Positions 63,130 to 64,000 of a stretch of DNA of 64,000 bases are shown piece by piece. Both the position numbers and the translations under genes were made by a program. Numbering within the stretch: the stretch's first letter is position 1; each line of letters opens with the position of its first letter. The notes below the pieces were generated by a model. It was not told the DNA's origin and ran no database searches. It was given only the letters and a program-made list of their open reading frames with translations. Source of the DNA: Tubiluchus corallicola (lineage: Eukaryota; Animalia; Priapulida); assembly GCA_030141605.1 (NCBI GenBank), contig JAQGDQ010000498.1:1-64000 (forward strand), read 5' to 3'.

Positions 63130-64000
63130 CATACTGTACACCCTAATTTACTGACCTTGGTCAAGGTGACCATTTCCACTGTGGGTAGCTTGTACCTTCC
63201 CATTGTAGACCCTAATTTACTGACCTTGGTCAAGGTGACCATTTCCACTGTGGGTAGCTTGTACCTGCCCATTGTACACCCTAATTTACTGCCCTTCGTC
63301 AAGGTGACCATTTCCACTGTGGGTAGCTTGCACCTGCCCATTGTACACCCTAATTTACTGCCCTTCGTCAAGGTAACCATTTCCACTGTGGGTAGCTTGT
63401 ACCTGCCCATTGTAGACCCTAATTTACTGACCTTGGTCAAGGTGACCATTTCCACTGTGCGTAGCTTGTACCTTCCCATTGTAGACCCTAATTTACTGAC
63501 CTTGGTCAAGGTGACCATTTCCACTGTGGGTAGCAAGGTGACCATTTCCACTGTGGGTAGCTTGTACCTGCCCATTGTACACCCTAATTTACTGCCCTTC
63601 GTCAAGGTGACCATTTCCACTGTGGGTAGCTTGCACCTGCCCATTGTACACCCTAATTTACTGCCCTTCGTCAAGGTAACCATTTCCACTGTGGGTAGCT
63701 TGTACCTGCCCATTGTAGACCCTAATTTACTGACCTTGGTCAAGGTGACCATTTCCACTGTGCGTAGCTTGTACCTTCCCATTGTAGACCCTAATTTACT
63801 GACCTTGGTCAAGGTGACCATTTCCACTGTGGGTAGCAAGGTGACCATTTCCACTGTGGGTAGCTTGTACCTGCCCATTGTACACCCTAATTTACTGCCC
63901 TTCGTCAAGGTGACCATTTCCACTGTGGGTAGCTTGTACCTACCCATGGTACACCCTAATTTACTGCCCTTCGTCAATGTGACCCTTTCCACTGTGCGTA
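63130..64000. repeat. 69-bp minisatellite with a 303-bp higher-order repeat, GPR107 intron
   Basis: Unit CAAGGTGACCATTTCCACTGTGGGTAGCTTGTACCTGCCCATTGTACACCCTAATTTACTGMCCTTSGT; the 27-bp truncated unit recurs 303 bp apart. Confidence 0.93.

Noticed and set aside
63117-63992. 291-aa minus-strand ORF
   Set aside because: Entirely satellite-derived and antisense within a GPR107 intron.

Overview
AT-rich, intron-rich metazoan (invertebrate-like) nuclear DNA; it is not prokaryotic and has no CRISPR, rRNA or intact tRNA genes. Manual splicing of GT-AG exons gives eight protein-coding genes: the 3' part of SMG7 (+, 419-13783), MPG (-), an intronless-CDS KIF3A (-), MORN5 (+) with an intronless-CDS WDR34/DYNC2I2 nested on the same strand inside its first intron, RABGGTB (-), CUTA (+, head-to-head with RABGGTB) and most of a GPR107/GPR108 gene (+, runs off the right end). 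Introns hold many minisatellites, hAT/Tigger/Harbinger-like MITEs and SINE/LINE remnants. The most notable items are: (1) a compact divergent ciliary cluster in which anterograde (KIF3A) and retrograde (WDR34) IFT motor subunits are both single-coding-exon genes, with WDR34 nested in MORN5 and KIF3A possibly nested the same way in the MPG transcription unit, plus RFX X-box motifs; (2) several tandem repeats that multiply real splice sites; (3) one 28-bp minisatellite present in inverted orientation in two SMG7 introns, bracketing four exons. Gene identities rest on recalled family motifs, not database searches.
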